Of a stretch of 64,000 bases of DNA, positions 23,048 through 35,460 are shown in pieces. How positions within the stretch are numbered: the stretch's first letter is position 1; every line of letters starts with the position of its first letter. The notes under the pieces were generated by a model. It saw only the letters and a program-made list of their open reading frames with translations. It searched no databases and was not told the DNA's origin. A program made the translations under genes and the position numbers. Source of the DNA: Rotaria socialis (Eukaryota); assembly GCA_905331295.1 (NCBI GenBank), contig CAJNYD010000597.1:1-64000 (forward strand), read 5' to 3'.

Positions 23048-24717
23048 AGCAGTTGAACCTTTGTTTTAAATTTCTAGTATTAACTCTTAAGCTTGTCGCT
23101 GTAACATTTCATTCGCTTAAAATAAGTGCATGATTAGATAGTTGATGTGAAAAGAATTTAATTTAATTTTGATTTAATATTTGGCAGATTCAGTTCAACA
23201 GCTAGCGAAATTTTCATACGAGCTTTTTCATAGCGCTTTGAATAGCTATCTAAGGAAGTTTTCTACAATTTCATGATAACCATCTGGAAAAATCTCTATG
23301 AATGTTTTACATTTAGGCATCCAGCAATCCGAATACTCTAGTAATACCAATAGCGTTCTTCACCAGTGTGAATGTGGATTGCAGGCCCTTTATTGCAGCT
23401 ATTTTCCTATTGAGACAAATGTGTAGCTTCTCTTCTATTATTCCTACAATGTATAGAAATCTGTGCGCTGAATACTTTAGTTTTATTCGTTTCTTGTAAA
23501 TACATCCTCTCTAATATAGACAAACGAATAAATTCTATATACTTCTTTTTAAAAGAAATTAATTTCATTGGAATCTCAGAATCGAAGGTTCAAATGAGAC
23601 TCTCAGGCTTATCGTTATTGATCTTTCTACTGAGCAATGAGTGAAAATAAAAGGTATATTTGCATGCAATAACAATAAATGTAATAAAAACTTTTATTAC
23701 TTGACAAGTGAGATAAAATAAAGAAAAGAAGCTTTTTCTAATGAAGACGAAGTACTTTGTTTTTAGAAGATGGCTGAAAATGCTTTTTCTTTACATTTTC
23801 ATTTTTCAACAACATCGAATGTTCTGAGGCTGCTAGTTTATCATAAAAATATTTAATTTAAGCTTTTGGGTATAGCGTGGTTGTGGATTAGTAGGGATGC
23901 GCCGTTGAATCTTAAGTACAATTACAGTCAAACCCTACTCTGAAACTACTCGTATTCCATTCAATAAAATCTTACACGTTCCTCATTGATGAATGTTCAG
24001 AGATGAAAAGCGTTTGTTGTTCAACAGCATTTACAGAAAACATGACTACTATTCACCAATACTAATTATTTCATAAACGTTTTCGGAAATGTTTTTCGAT
24101 ACACGCCATACCTAATAAGGACTATGTAAAGATGAATAGGGCCTTGTTGGGGTCTATACATAATGACAAACTGGATAGAGTGGAATAGTTTACCGCCACT
24201 CTCGACAATGATGTTTATTCGCTCCTTCACATATCCAGAGTGTAACAACTTCATACATATCACACGCATATATAGGAGAGAGATATTAGAACAATGGAAA
24301 GCAAACAGAAAAGGAAAGAAGGAGAATCATTGAAGCGTGCCGTCATTATTGGCACAGACTACTCCAGCTGGCTTCATATTCATGATCACCACCCTGATTT
24401 GTCTCTCCACATGCCGAGATACCACACACAGATGTCCAACGATTCTGAGAAATCGATAGTAGATGATGGTTCCGTAATTCTTATTATTTTCGGTTAAATC
24501 TTGTGAAATTTCATTCTTTTCTGAAAAAATTGTTTCTTTGAGAGAAAATCGATTTCAAAATTTTGAAAATTTGATAGTCAATTTGTTACTTTTGGTTAAT
24601 TTTCTTAAAATAACCCTTCCTCTACTGGATGATGAAGGGTGTAGGTGTGAATATGCGTAGGTGAGAATAATAGCTAAACGTACACCCACACCCTTGTTCT
24701 GTTAAGAAGGTTGATAT

Positions 24718-25240
24718 ATTAGACATGATTTAATTCTCTTCTTTTATTTTATTTAAATTTATTTTAAATTTAAATCAATTTAATTTGATTTGATCTTATA
24801 GTTTATTAATATAAATAAAAAATTTGTAAGTTGTGACGTTTCGTATCTCGATAAAATACTTCATCAGACATAAAAATTTAAGACATGACACGTGTACATA
24901 TAAACAAATTTTTCTTTTCTATTAGTATTAGTCATACTTTTGATAGTGATACGGAAAAGGATTCAATCCTTAGCTAGCTATTACTATTACCGTCTTGTTT
25001 TTTATATCACTATCAAAAGTATGACTAATACTAATAGAAAAGAAAAAATTGTTTATATGTACATGTGTCATTTGTCTTAAATTTTTATGTCTGATGAAGT
25101 ATCTTATCGAGATACGAAACGTCACAATTTACAAATTTTAAATTTATATTAATAAACTATAAGATCAAATCAAATTAAATTGATTTAAATTTAAAATAAA
25201 TTTAAATAAAAGAAGAGAAGAGAATAAAAACATGTCTAAT
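24718..25240. repeat. Long near-perfect palindrome (~230-bp arms, ~55-bp spacer)
   Basis: attagacatg...gatagtgata (24718-24951) is the reverse complement of tatcactatc...catgtctaat (25005-25240) with few mismatches. Confidence 0.95.
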
Positions 25241-25376
25241 AAAATGGCCAGTATCTTTTTCTGTAGAGAATACTAAAAAGTGCATTTATTGAGACCATAA
25301 GAGCGCAGTGAAGAATAAAAATATAAAAGCAAGAGACATTTGTTACTGCGTATGTTCACACAGTGCTTCTACAGCA

Positions 25377-27027
25377 ATGCGAGCGAAGAAGACAAATTCT
25401 ATCAAAGCCAAAAAGAAGGTAACTCCAATCAAAATCAATACGAAGATACTTCCTACTGTCCCATCAAAAATCAAAAAATCACAGTATAAGCACTGTTTAA
25501 AAAGTTGTCTCTTCAACCATTCTTTCTTTTCTCTTTAATCTAGCCGTTGCTCTAAACTACTGATATTAGTTTCACTCATTGTCTGTGTCGCAATTGCTGC
25601 AGCTGTCGGCGGAATAGTAACTGCTATTGTCCTTACTCAATTACAGCAGTCGGCGACGTCAACCATAACGACAGGAGGTCAATGCTTTTATAATGATAAA
25701 TTTTCTTTCTCAAATAATTTTAGTTTTTTGTAGTGACATCAACTACCGGATCAAATAGTACAACGGTACATGAACAGATATTCATGATTTTTTTGTCGAA
25801 GTTTTTTGTTTTGTAGATATCAACAATACCAAGCAACAGTTCTTCTGTTGGTTCTACAACTGTTGCAACCACAATCGGCTCTACAACTGTTGCAACCACG
25901 ATCGGCTCTACAACTGTTGCAACCACGACCGGCTCTACAGCTTCTGTAAGTCTATGTAGAAGTCATAAGATGATAGGAGATTTGAGAGGTGATCACCTGT
26001 TGTTAGAGAAGATACCAATCTGCTATAACACAAACAATGTGCTGAGTCCCCACTCAGAAAAAATGAAAATTTTTCAAAATTGAACAATGGCATCTTTTGT
26101 CACTCCCATCTTCGTCGGTACATGATGAGTTACTTTGAAACAGAATTTACACAAACAACAGAAGCAGTAGTCAAAAAGATAGAGCAAATACATGTGCGTG
26201 ATCCGCCAGTCTCGGTCTTTTCACCATGGTCCGTTCTGTACAGTAAGCTATATAGACATTTATTTATTCTTATCATTTTGGTCAGGTTAAAAGACTATTT
26301 TGTTTTGTTTTATTCTTTTTCTCATGAAAATTAATAGATCTTAAAAACTTCTAAGCTAATATTAGGATAGAGCACATTCGAATGTATAATGTGAATATTG
26401 CTTGAATCGTCGATATGTTTCTGATTCATGGGAGAAATATCGCTAAAAACAAGAAGGAGCTAAACTAAGAGTAGCCAGAGTAGACCAAAATTCTCAATCA
26501 GGTAATTTATAGAGCATTTTGTCAAGAAATTTTCGAATGAATCTAATATAGCTTTGTGTTTTAAGAGATAGTTTTTGAAATGTGGCAATAGAATTCGTAA
26601 CTTATTTTAGGCTGGTTCAACAACAACTGGTTGCCCCACAAATGTTTGTACCTATTCGACCTGGTATACAATGACATCAGGAGGCAACTATGGTGTTGAA
26701 CATGTCAATATCAATTGTACTCAAACTCTATCAAATTTTACTGCGCAAATTGTTGTTAAAACTAATATGGGTGCTACTTTTGCCAATGAATACAATACAT
26801 TCTGGTCGAATACAGTAATACAAACGCAAACCCATTCAAGCTCGCAAATTACCTACATCTGGTCAATTATTGCTGGGCAAACGATTTCAGGCAGTGGATT
26901 TCCATATTTTGTAGAAGCACAATTTCAATTGTACGGCCAGAATCAAACAGTCAGCAATGATACATATTCGATTCAAACAGTGGCCGCATGTAATGGTCAA
27001 GTACTCACTCAAACAGGACATTTTTAA
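25377..27027 (+). CDS. Type II membrane protein: basic tail, TM helix, Ser/Thr stalk and C-terminal beta-sandwich (5 exons; start uncertain)
   Basis: Phase-compatible GT-AG exons give MRAKKTNSIK..., TM LLILVSLIVCVAIAAAVGGIVTAIVL and three 27-bp GSTTVATT(I/T) repeats (25850-25939). The last exon, 26611-27027, reads AGSTTTGCPTNVC...ITYIWSIIAGQTISGSG...EAQF...DTYSI. Confidence 0.75.
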
Positions 27028-28192
27028 GCAAACGCTTTTACTGAAACATTTATAAACTATAAAATATAGCACATTACTTAACGAACAAAATTAAATAAAT
27101 CATTTTCATTCTAGTCATGCCTTCATTCTTCTATCCGAAATTTGGGATCAGAGAAAAAGACTTTCTGCGTTGATCTATAGTTATTTATCACAAATGATCA
27201 TTAAAAAGAATCATTCTTTATTTTATGAGAATCGTAGCATGGCAATTAGATGCATATTTTTTCATTTGTCTAGTTTCTTTTAATGTTTCAACTCTGTATG
27301 CTTTCTTTGTTATTCTTCAATTCACATGGTAAATGACATGCCTCTCAAAGAAGAAAGTACCACGCTGAACTAGATATTGATGTAGAAAAATGTAGTTTAT
27401 TCTTAAAAAAATATGCATCTACTTACTTATATTTTTTAAAATTTTCACAGAGTACACAATTGACTTTTTACGAACAAAAACATGTACAATTAGCTCACTA
27501 AATGCCACTTTTTTCTTACATACACATACATCGCAGCGCTTATCAGGATTCTGGCGAAAAAATATTTCCAGAGGACGTCCCCCTCGAGATTTATCAGGAC
27601 ACTGCGATGAATGTACATAAATAATAGATGCCTTCTGAAAGAGCATGAAAACTTACGGCTACACAAACTTATGAAATAATTGTACTTTCTAAAAATCCGA
27701 TGGGACTCCAATGTTTTAGCTATGTGGCATCTCACAGTCTATGTCACAACCTCAACTGATCCTTTTCTATCAGAAAGTTACTTTATAAATAAATAAATAA
27801 AACCAACGCATGGTGTTTCACATTATTGTTTCTCAATCACTGTGCTAACAGTTTTTTTTTGTTTTCAGTGAAATACGAAATGATGATATCTGACGTAGAA
27901 AATATTACAAGAAAATAAAAATATCAGTTCATTAGTGAATTTCACTTTTCTTTATGCAATTGCTGTTTTAATTTGATGGATTTATCTCATCAACTATTTT
28001 AATTTATTTCCAAATAGTTAAATATATAAAAAAAATTAATAAAACGAAATAACAATATGTTGAATGTTTAACATGCACTTCGATATCATTCATGAACATT
28101 AGCATACAAATTATGATCTTGATAATCTTGCATATTAAGCCGGTGACCGCTCACTTTGTCGCATGACACTTTGTTTTAAGATAATTCGTTGC

Positions 28193-28487
28193 TGTAACGA
28201 TTTCTGATAGAAGAGATACCTGTGCTGATGGTATTACACTTTATTTCACTCTTCAAATCATAAAATCGAATCGATTAAATATAAAGCACACGCTTAAATA
28301 CTCAACCATTTAAGAGAACGAAAGAGAATGAGAGATAAAGACAAATATCAAGGACATAAAGATAAAGGCAATACATGTGATGAGAAGAAATGGCACCATA
28401 AGGCCAAATACCATGCACAGACCACACTCGAACAGGAGCGTTACACTCCCACGTGGAATTTAGACGCTCTCCGCATTTATCGTTACA
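28193..28487. mobile_element. Solo LTR, 5-bp TSD GTTGC
   Basis: TGTAACG...CGTTACA termini, with GTTGC at 28188-28192 and 28488-28492. Confidence 0.75.
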
Positions 28488-29099
28488 GTTGCAATAAAAA
28501 TTCGTAGCGATAAGCCAGTCGTATTGTGAAGGAGAGGATATATTAATTGAATTGAATGTTTTTGTTCAGTATGTTATTTAATCAATCGCGTAAATGTACA
28601 CTCCGTTATGGAGAATAGACGCGTTTTGGAGAAAAAACGATTTAGTTTTGTAAAAAGTTACTTAAAAAATTCTTCTGTTACATTACAAATCGTATACTAT
28701 TAAATGAAACTCAGCTCAAGTCCTTTAAGGAGGCGACTTGTGACAAAATCGTGACCTAAGAAAAACCAAGAAGAAATGAAGGTAGAATGTACTCTATCTT
28801 GAGCTGCATAATTCCTTCAATACTTTCTAGGACAAATTTCTGAGTATCAAGGTTACTCGACTAACAGATGAAGCGGTTTTGGATATTTTCGGAATGAATT
28901 TTTAGATTTTTGATACTGCGAACATTAAAAATAACTGATGTCAATAAATTTGATAACACTACAGTATTCTTTCAATATCTTTTTTTTAGAGATGGCACAT
29001 TTTTATTTTAAAATAAATGCGGAAACATCGGATTTGCATCCGATCGTTATGTATACTGCAAAGACTGAGTTGATTTATATATGTTGTGAATAATTCTGA

Positions 29100-29337
29100 G
29101 AAAATCCCTGTACCCTCCCCCCCGTCCTCAGGTATGGTCTGGTCAATAATGACAGTTTTTTCGATATCTCAGTCATTTCTTGGCAGATCCTTCTCATCTT
29201 CGATCTCGACTGAGATATTGATGAGATCATTCTGTGTACAAAATTTCATAACAATTGGATGAAGCTTTCAAGAGTTATCGTGTTAACGAATGGACACACT
29301 GACCGAATCTAGTGTACTCACTTTTTGAGTACGCAAA
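29100..29337 (+). mobile_element. HINE/DINE-1-like element fragment
   Basis: Core aaatttcataacaattggatg...gagttatcgtgttaacg and a 3' hairpin GTACTCA-ctttt-TGAGTAC (29314-29332). Confidence 0.5.
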
Positions 29338-30479
29338 AATTATTAAACCGAGAAATAATTCAAAAATAAGTATCTTTTTAAATGTATAGCTTTATTTAAA
29401 GTTAATTTTTGGGTAATTTAAAATCTAAGATAAATAAACGGTGAATCGATACGTCTACCATTTATTGAGAGCAAAATTGTATTGCTAAGAAAGAGTCTTA
29501 TTGTTTTAAAGAAATTCATTTATTAAGGTGATGAATTAGTACCATATAGAACTAAATCACTTAATTCAATTTATGTACTCTCTGCTTTATATGCGACGAA
29601 GTGACCACGACGAAATGTACCATTGCCAAAAAGCACTCTAACGAGTTCCTCAATTGTGATATCACTCTATTTTCTTTGTTCAGTTGAGAACTTGCCATTA
29701 CAGCCTTTTTCATTTTGAATCTAATAATAAAATATTCTTTTTAATGTTCTTTAAGGAATAATTGAAGTTATAAACACTTTTACTGACAGACTTCTAACGT
29801 GCAGAAAAATAAACTCGCTCTTGAGAATTTCGTCGAGACTGTCCCAATGAATAGTCGTGATCGAAACGAGAAATTATAAGTTTAAATTGAGTTCCAATAA
29901 ATAATAACTCGGTAAAAAAGCAAGGAGTAAATCTCATGTCAAATCAGGCTGTAGTCAAAATTTTATATAAAAACGATCTCTATTCAGTTTTATCTCATCC
30001 TATTATTGAAAATACATATAGCTGTAACTTGGATGATCGGAAAATGCACCGAAATAGATTTCTGCTGTGCAAATGGATTAAACTTACAATTCTTGTAGGA
30101 CTCACACATGTAAGCTTAGGTATATATTAAAAAAGCTTTTTCACAGAATGTCAATCAGACAGACCAGATGGTGTCGCTGAGGCAAACTGAATTTCATCAG
30201 CACTGTTAGTATGAAGTAGAGAAACTTGGAACGTTTATCATCAGTACTTTCTATGGAGCTAATTAGCTTTTAAGTCCAATAAAGAAGTCATCTATAAGGA
30301 GGCCTTTTGAACTTATCCCAGTTTGCATAGATCTAGGGTAGAATAGCATATTTCCCAAAAGCTCTATTATTAAAAAATACTATTTACTCACCGGCATCTA
30401 CTGCTTCTAAATATCGTTGAAAAACGTTCAAAGTCATCTTTCCTATTCAAACTGAATAGCTAAGTGAAGAGGTAAAGTA

Positions 30480-30768
30480 TGGATGTGATGTATAATGCAT
30501 GACTCTACATGAGTATACAAATTATAAGTTTTTCATCAAACAGACGATACTACACTTAACCAGAAATTGTCAAGTTCTATATTTTTTTAGAATGCATTTT
30601 TTTCATACTACAATTTTTAGTCGATTTGCACATTCCTCTCTTCCGTAATGGGTTGGGTACGAAAATGTCTGTACGAAACCCTGCAAGGCTACGGAAAAAA
30701 TTGTATTTTTAGAGTACATAGCTAAATTTTTTTAGAAGAATGGGAGCTGATGGATCATCTTGAGATAC
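30480..30768. repeat. Dispersed repeat, copy of 22795-23047
   Basis: Same conserved blocks in the same order. Confidence 0.75.
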
Positions 30769-32344
30769 AGATACGTTTGCTCTGCTTTTGCGTTAATTTC
30801 ATATGTATCATTTGTTTTGCTAATAACTATAACTTTATTCAAATTTTTTAAGTCACCACAAAGTTGACCCAATAGTCACAGATGTGAGAATGAGAGTCAC
30901 ATAACAGAAGAGCTTTTTTAGAACTTTGATTATTATTATCTATTAATATTTATGTACAGCAATAATACACTACAAAAATAAACCTTATTACCAGGAAGCG
31001 GAGAAGAAAGACAGAAAAGCGAACATTAGCACAATGTTTTCTTAAGTAATTTCTTAACCAAAGTCTCTCAAATTTTCTTTTTCAAGTGATAACCATTGTT
31101 TTATTGTTGAAGTATGTCAGAAATATTATCTTGAATGAAGTTGCCTACCTCAAACGGTTACTTGTGGTATCCCAACAGAAAAACGAAAGTGAGAAAGAAT
31201 ATCCATAAGAAATACCTACCAGGAGTGAATCCGCACCCTGTCCCTCCAATCTTCCCGTAATAAAATATTCTGGATCTTAGAAACCAGAGATGGACATCTC
31301 TGTTATATAGTGATCGAGCAAAGCTAGGCCTTTGGCAGATTTCTGTTAAGGTGGCGCTTCAATTAGGAATTGAAGGTCGATTTTTATAGACAGTGCCGAA
31401 TTTTTGCAACAGTCATCTATATGCTAACTTTGTATGTTCAAAGATCAGTACTCAAATAGGAATGCACTAAACTGAAAACAAAAGTTGACATGAACCAAAC
31501 CATCATTTTATTCTTTCGCACTTAATCCTATTGCGATGGTTCCCCCTATCCTTCAACCTAATTTCCGTGTGTCGGTCAGCTTGAGGAAGTGTAAAGCTCT
31601 TCTCGGCCATTTTTATCTATCAGTAAACCGATTCACAACAATCTCAATATAAAAATCATGAGAAAAGTTCAATTATTAGATAATCGGTGGTGAATATTGA
31701 CGCCAATATTCAGGAGAACAATGGGAAATGTACGAATAGATTATTTGTGTTTCAATTCTCTTTTGAACACAGAAAGACAAGGACATAATATATTGCCTAT
31801 ATGCATGAACTGAATGGAAGATTATCATTGATTTTGGTAAAAACCAATACAAATAACAGATGTTGCAAAAGTCTCTCCAAAGGTTAAACACTAGACCTTC
31901 GTTATTCTAAAGACTTGGAGTCTAATTATTTCGTTTGAAATATCTTATCATCCTCAACGAAAATTGTTTAATGGTTAATATAAAAACGCTATCTTTATTC
32001 ATTTTTCGCAAATTTTTGGAACAACAGCTAGCATAATTACGACGTGAGACTGTTATGTAAACTTTGTTTAATTTCGTCATGTGTGACGTTCAAGTTATTT
32101 TACGGTTCGTGCTTTCCAATCTTGTTCGTAAACTAGTACAACCAAGACACTCCAAGATCTTTAGAGAAAAAATCTTCACCTGCTGCCAAAAAGCGCTTTC
32201 TTTCTGACACCTTTATTCTGTTGTATTTTACTTATCTAGATTGAAGGTGAAAATGATAATAGCACAAAGTAAATATGTTGCTATTCATTTTTTGCAAGAC
32301 ATTACTTTATCACTTATTACACGCTTTAGCTAAAATATAAAGCG

Positions 32345-34003
32345 ATGATTCTTCTCGTTACATCACTACTGCTAAGCTTTACTTCATTATGGCTAGGTTT
32401 ACCTTTACTAACATGCGTTACTTCCCATGCTGCTCCTTTGTCACAACGTTTGACTGGCTCTCGTCCCAATATTGTATTGATAATGGCCGATGATATGGGC
32501 TGGGGTGATTTGGGTGCGAATTGGCCAAATACACGCGATACTCCATTTCTTGATTATTTAGCTTCCATAAGTATTCGCTTGCCAGATTATCACAGTGGAG
32601 CTTCAGTCTGCAGTGTTAGTCGAGCAGCTCTATTAACTGGACGATTAACTCCCCGTACGGGTGTTTGGGCAAATTTTGCTTCAACTGCCCTTGGTGGACT
32701 GCCTGTTAATGAGACTATCATTTCAGAATGTTTAAAAAGTGTCGGTTATGCAACTGCTATTCATGGTAAATGGCATCTTGGATATACACCTCCGTTTCAT
32801 CCTTCATACCGAGGATTCGATGAGTATATCGGCGTTCCATATAGTATCGATATGGGTTGCACAGATAATCCTGGAGCTAATTATCCCCCTGTCAATGTTT
32901 GTCCTAAAGATCCTTCTCTTTATTTTGAACAAAAGCATGAACATCCTGATGATCTAAGAAAAGTTATTGAAGCTGATTTAACAGTTGGTATACCACTGTA
33001 TCAATGTCTTACACCTCGGTGTCTTAATGATAACTGTAATAAAGAAATTATTGAACAACCAGTTAATCTTTCAACTTTAACACAATCGTATATTGATAAT
33101 GATCGACGATTTATTCAACGTAGTGTAGAATCAAAGCAACCATTCTTTCTATATTTACCCTTATCACACATGCATGTACCACATGATTATGCACGACAAT
33201 TCAAAGATACAAGTGTTTTACCAAGTGTGTATGGTGATACACTACGAGAATTAGATTATCATGTCAATCAAACATATCAACTATTAAAAGATTTAGGAAT
33301 CTTAAACCAAACACTGCTGATATTTACCAGTGACAACGGACCGTGGTCATCAAAATGTGATTTAGCAGGAAATCAAGGACCCTTTACAGGTGTTTGGCAA
33401 GCGTCACCATTGCCTTTTGGAGGAGGAGGAGGTGGCACAGCAAAATTCACAACATGGGAGGCAGGACATCGTGTGCCATTCATTGCACATTGGCCAAATA
33501 TGATCAAGCCGAATACTGTATCTAATGTCATTGGGTCACACTTGGATATTATGCCAACTATTGCGAATCTTGCTAATTTTACTTTACCGTCGAACCGTAG
33601 CTTTGATGGAATTGATCTCAGTGCAGTACTTTTTGATGGTTCCGACCAAGGTCATGAATATCTATTTCATCCAGATATGCTTGGTATACTTTCAGCAGTC
33701 CGTTATAATCAATATAAAGCTTATTACGTGACATATCCTGCAATTGACGGAGCATGTGGTGGCAAAGAAGGCTTGATCATTCCTCATAAGCCACCACTAA
33801 TTTTTGATCTTAGCCGTGATTTAGCTGAATCCACTCCAATAGAAGTTTCACAGTCAGTGCACGATGCAATTGATCAAGCATTACAAGCAAAGTTAAAAGA
33901 TATTGCCTTAACGCCGCGCACAAAAGTCGATTATCGAATAGGAGGATTAGATGCACGCGCTTGTTGTGATGCAGGACATATTGTTTGTCGTTGTATCGAC
34001 TAA
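32345..34003 (+). CDS. ARSG: Arylsulfatase G-like formylglycine-dependent sulfatase (intronless, secretory)
   Basis: Signal peptide, RPNIVLIMADDMGWGDLG, CSVSRAALLTGR, GKWHLG, FTSDNGP, AKFTTWEAGHRVP and a C-terminal CC....CRC. Confidence 0.9.
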   Translation: MILLVTSLLLSFTSLWLGLPLLTCVTSHAAPLSQRLTGSRPNIVLIMADDMGWGDLGANWPNTRDTPFLDYLASISIRLPDYHSGASVCSVSRAALLTGRLTPRTGVWANFASTALGGLPVNETIISECLKSVGYATAIHGKWHLGYTPPFHPSYRGFDEYIGVPYSIDMGCTDNPGANYPPVNVCPKDPSLYFEQKHEHPDDLRKVIEADLTVGIPLYQCLTPRCLNDNCNKEIIEQPVNLSTLTQSYIDNDRRFIQRSVESKQPFFLYLPLSHMHVPHDYARQFKDTSVLPSVYGDTLRELDYHVNQTYQLLKDLGILNQTLLIFTSDNGPWSSKCDLAGNQGPFTGVWQASPLPFGGGGGGTAKFTTWEAGHRVPFIAHWPNMIKPNTVSNVIGSHLDIMPTIANLANFTLPSNRSFDGIDLSAVLFDGSDQGHEYLFHPDMLGILSAVRYNQYKAYYVTYPAIDGACGGKEGLIIPHKPPLIFDLSRDLAESTPIEVSQSVHDAIDQALQAKLKDIALTPRTKVDYRIGGLDARACCDAGHIVCRCID

Positions 34004-34104
34004 TGTGTGTAAATTGTGTTAAAAGCATGACGCTGCGAATAGAAGAAGGGTGTGGTTGAGTGCGAGTAGAATTAATATTCACACCCACACCCGCACTCAC
34101 ACCT

Positions 34105-35460
34105 ATCTCTGCAAATTGAATAGAATAATGTCAAGAGAATTGAAACTTATTCCCCTCGATTTTCCGATTTGCTCATCGCCGTATTCATTCGTTAATATCT
34201 CACAAATTGGTTTCAAATCCTTAGGTACTTCAGTAGATAGCTCTAATGTAACTGTTAAAAATAAATCTCCATTAATCGCATCTGTAACATAACAAAATAC
34301 TGCCAGTCATAAAAAGCACTTCTCCTTCTTCTGAATATTGACTAAATCTTGCGATATGTTAGCATCGGCTAGTACATCACCCGCATGCTTCGGATCAGCA
34401 GTAATTTCTAATAATAACTTCACTTCACCATCACAACTATTTACATCGAGATCAAGGTTGACAAAATTAAGTTTAAGATTAGCTGAAAGAAACGAACTCA
34501 TTGAAATTAAGTGATTTTTCGCTTTGAGTCACTGGATGACGCAAATGAATTACAATATAATTCAGAGCTAAAACTAAATTTCTACAGATATCTACCAGGC
34601 TCTACATGTATCTACCAGGGTCTAGAAGGTCTATCAGGGTCTAGAAGGTCTATCAGGGTCTGCATGCATCTACCAGGGTCTACACGTATTTACCAGAGGG
34701 TGTGGGCGTGGGTGCCACGAAAGGCTTAAAACAACGTGTACACACATACATAACATCTTAACTGTGGGTGCCACGAAAGGCTTAAAATCAATCAGTTACC
34801 GTGATTGAAAACCGTGCCGTCACAGATGCCTACCGTGACCGTGATCATTACCGTGACCCTTCGATCTACCCATTTATCTATTTATCTATCTATCTATTTA
34901 TCTACGTATCTATCTGCCTATCGATCTATCTATATGTGGATAGGTGACTGTTTTTTTTGGAAAATCCCAATGATACTATCACTAAGATTTGTCATGCACT
35001 CCTTTGAGTAAATTTTCTCATTCATCGTTTGACAGTCGTTAACCACGATAAACATGAATAACTGATTGTTCCTGATAGATCACAATCTGAGCTTTCATAT
35101 CTCTTAGAAACAAACGAAACAGAAAAAGCAAATCGATGTGTTGAGTACGCAGATGTTCATTCAGTAAACGATAGACATACACAGCTTTTGTATACCATTC
35201 AAAGACTTTCTCTAGTTTGAAGTCTAGATAAAAAAATTCAGTTTTCTGAGTTCCATCAAATTATTGGCAAATTATGGCAAATTCTTCGGTAAATCGAGCA
35301 ACTAATTCATATTTATCATTAATCTTTGACTCCGTTCGAAGGAGAATATCGAGAAATAATTTAGTAAACAGGAATCTCCTGTTCATTTTAGTTTTAGAAA
35401 GTTCTGGCGCTTGATGTTCCTTGAAAATATGTAGTACTACGAAAGAAATGCAGTTCAAAT
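34105..35460 (-). pseudogene. ADP-ribosyltransferase (ART-TPR family) pseudogene
   Basis: FLFTKLFLDILLR...KYELV, WYTKAVYVYRLLNEHLRTQHIDLLFLFRLFLRD, VYRG*RLSNDE*, LISMSSFLSA, LLEITADP and a frameshifted SEEGEVLFMTGSI are colinear with the 54220-56307 protein. It has stops, frameshifts and an insertion. Confidence 0.85.
34530..35001. mobile_element. hAT-like insertion, 8-bp TSD CTTTGAGT, with internal minisatellites
   Basis: TSD at 34522-34529 and 35002-35009; imperfect TIRs cactggatgacgcaaat / atttgtcatgcactc. Excision restores in-frame ENLLKAKNHLISMSSFLS. Confidence 0.8.

Noticed and set aside
24145..24440. Possible solo LTR, or gene from ORF 24294-24497
   Set aside because: No matching TG...CA ends with a TSD were found and no recognisable protein motif.
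25720..25926. VVATVVEPI repeat ORF on the minus strand
   Set aside because: Antisense of the 27-bp GSTTVATT repeat exon.
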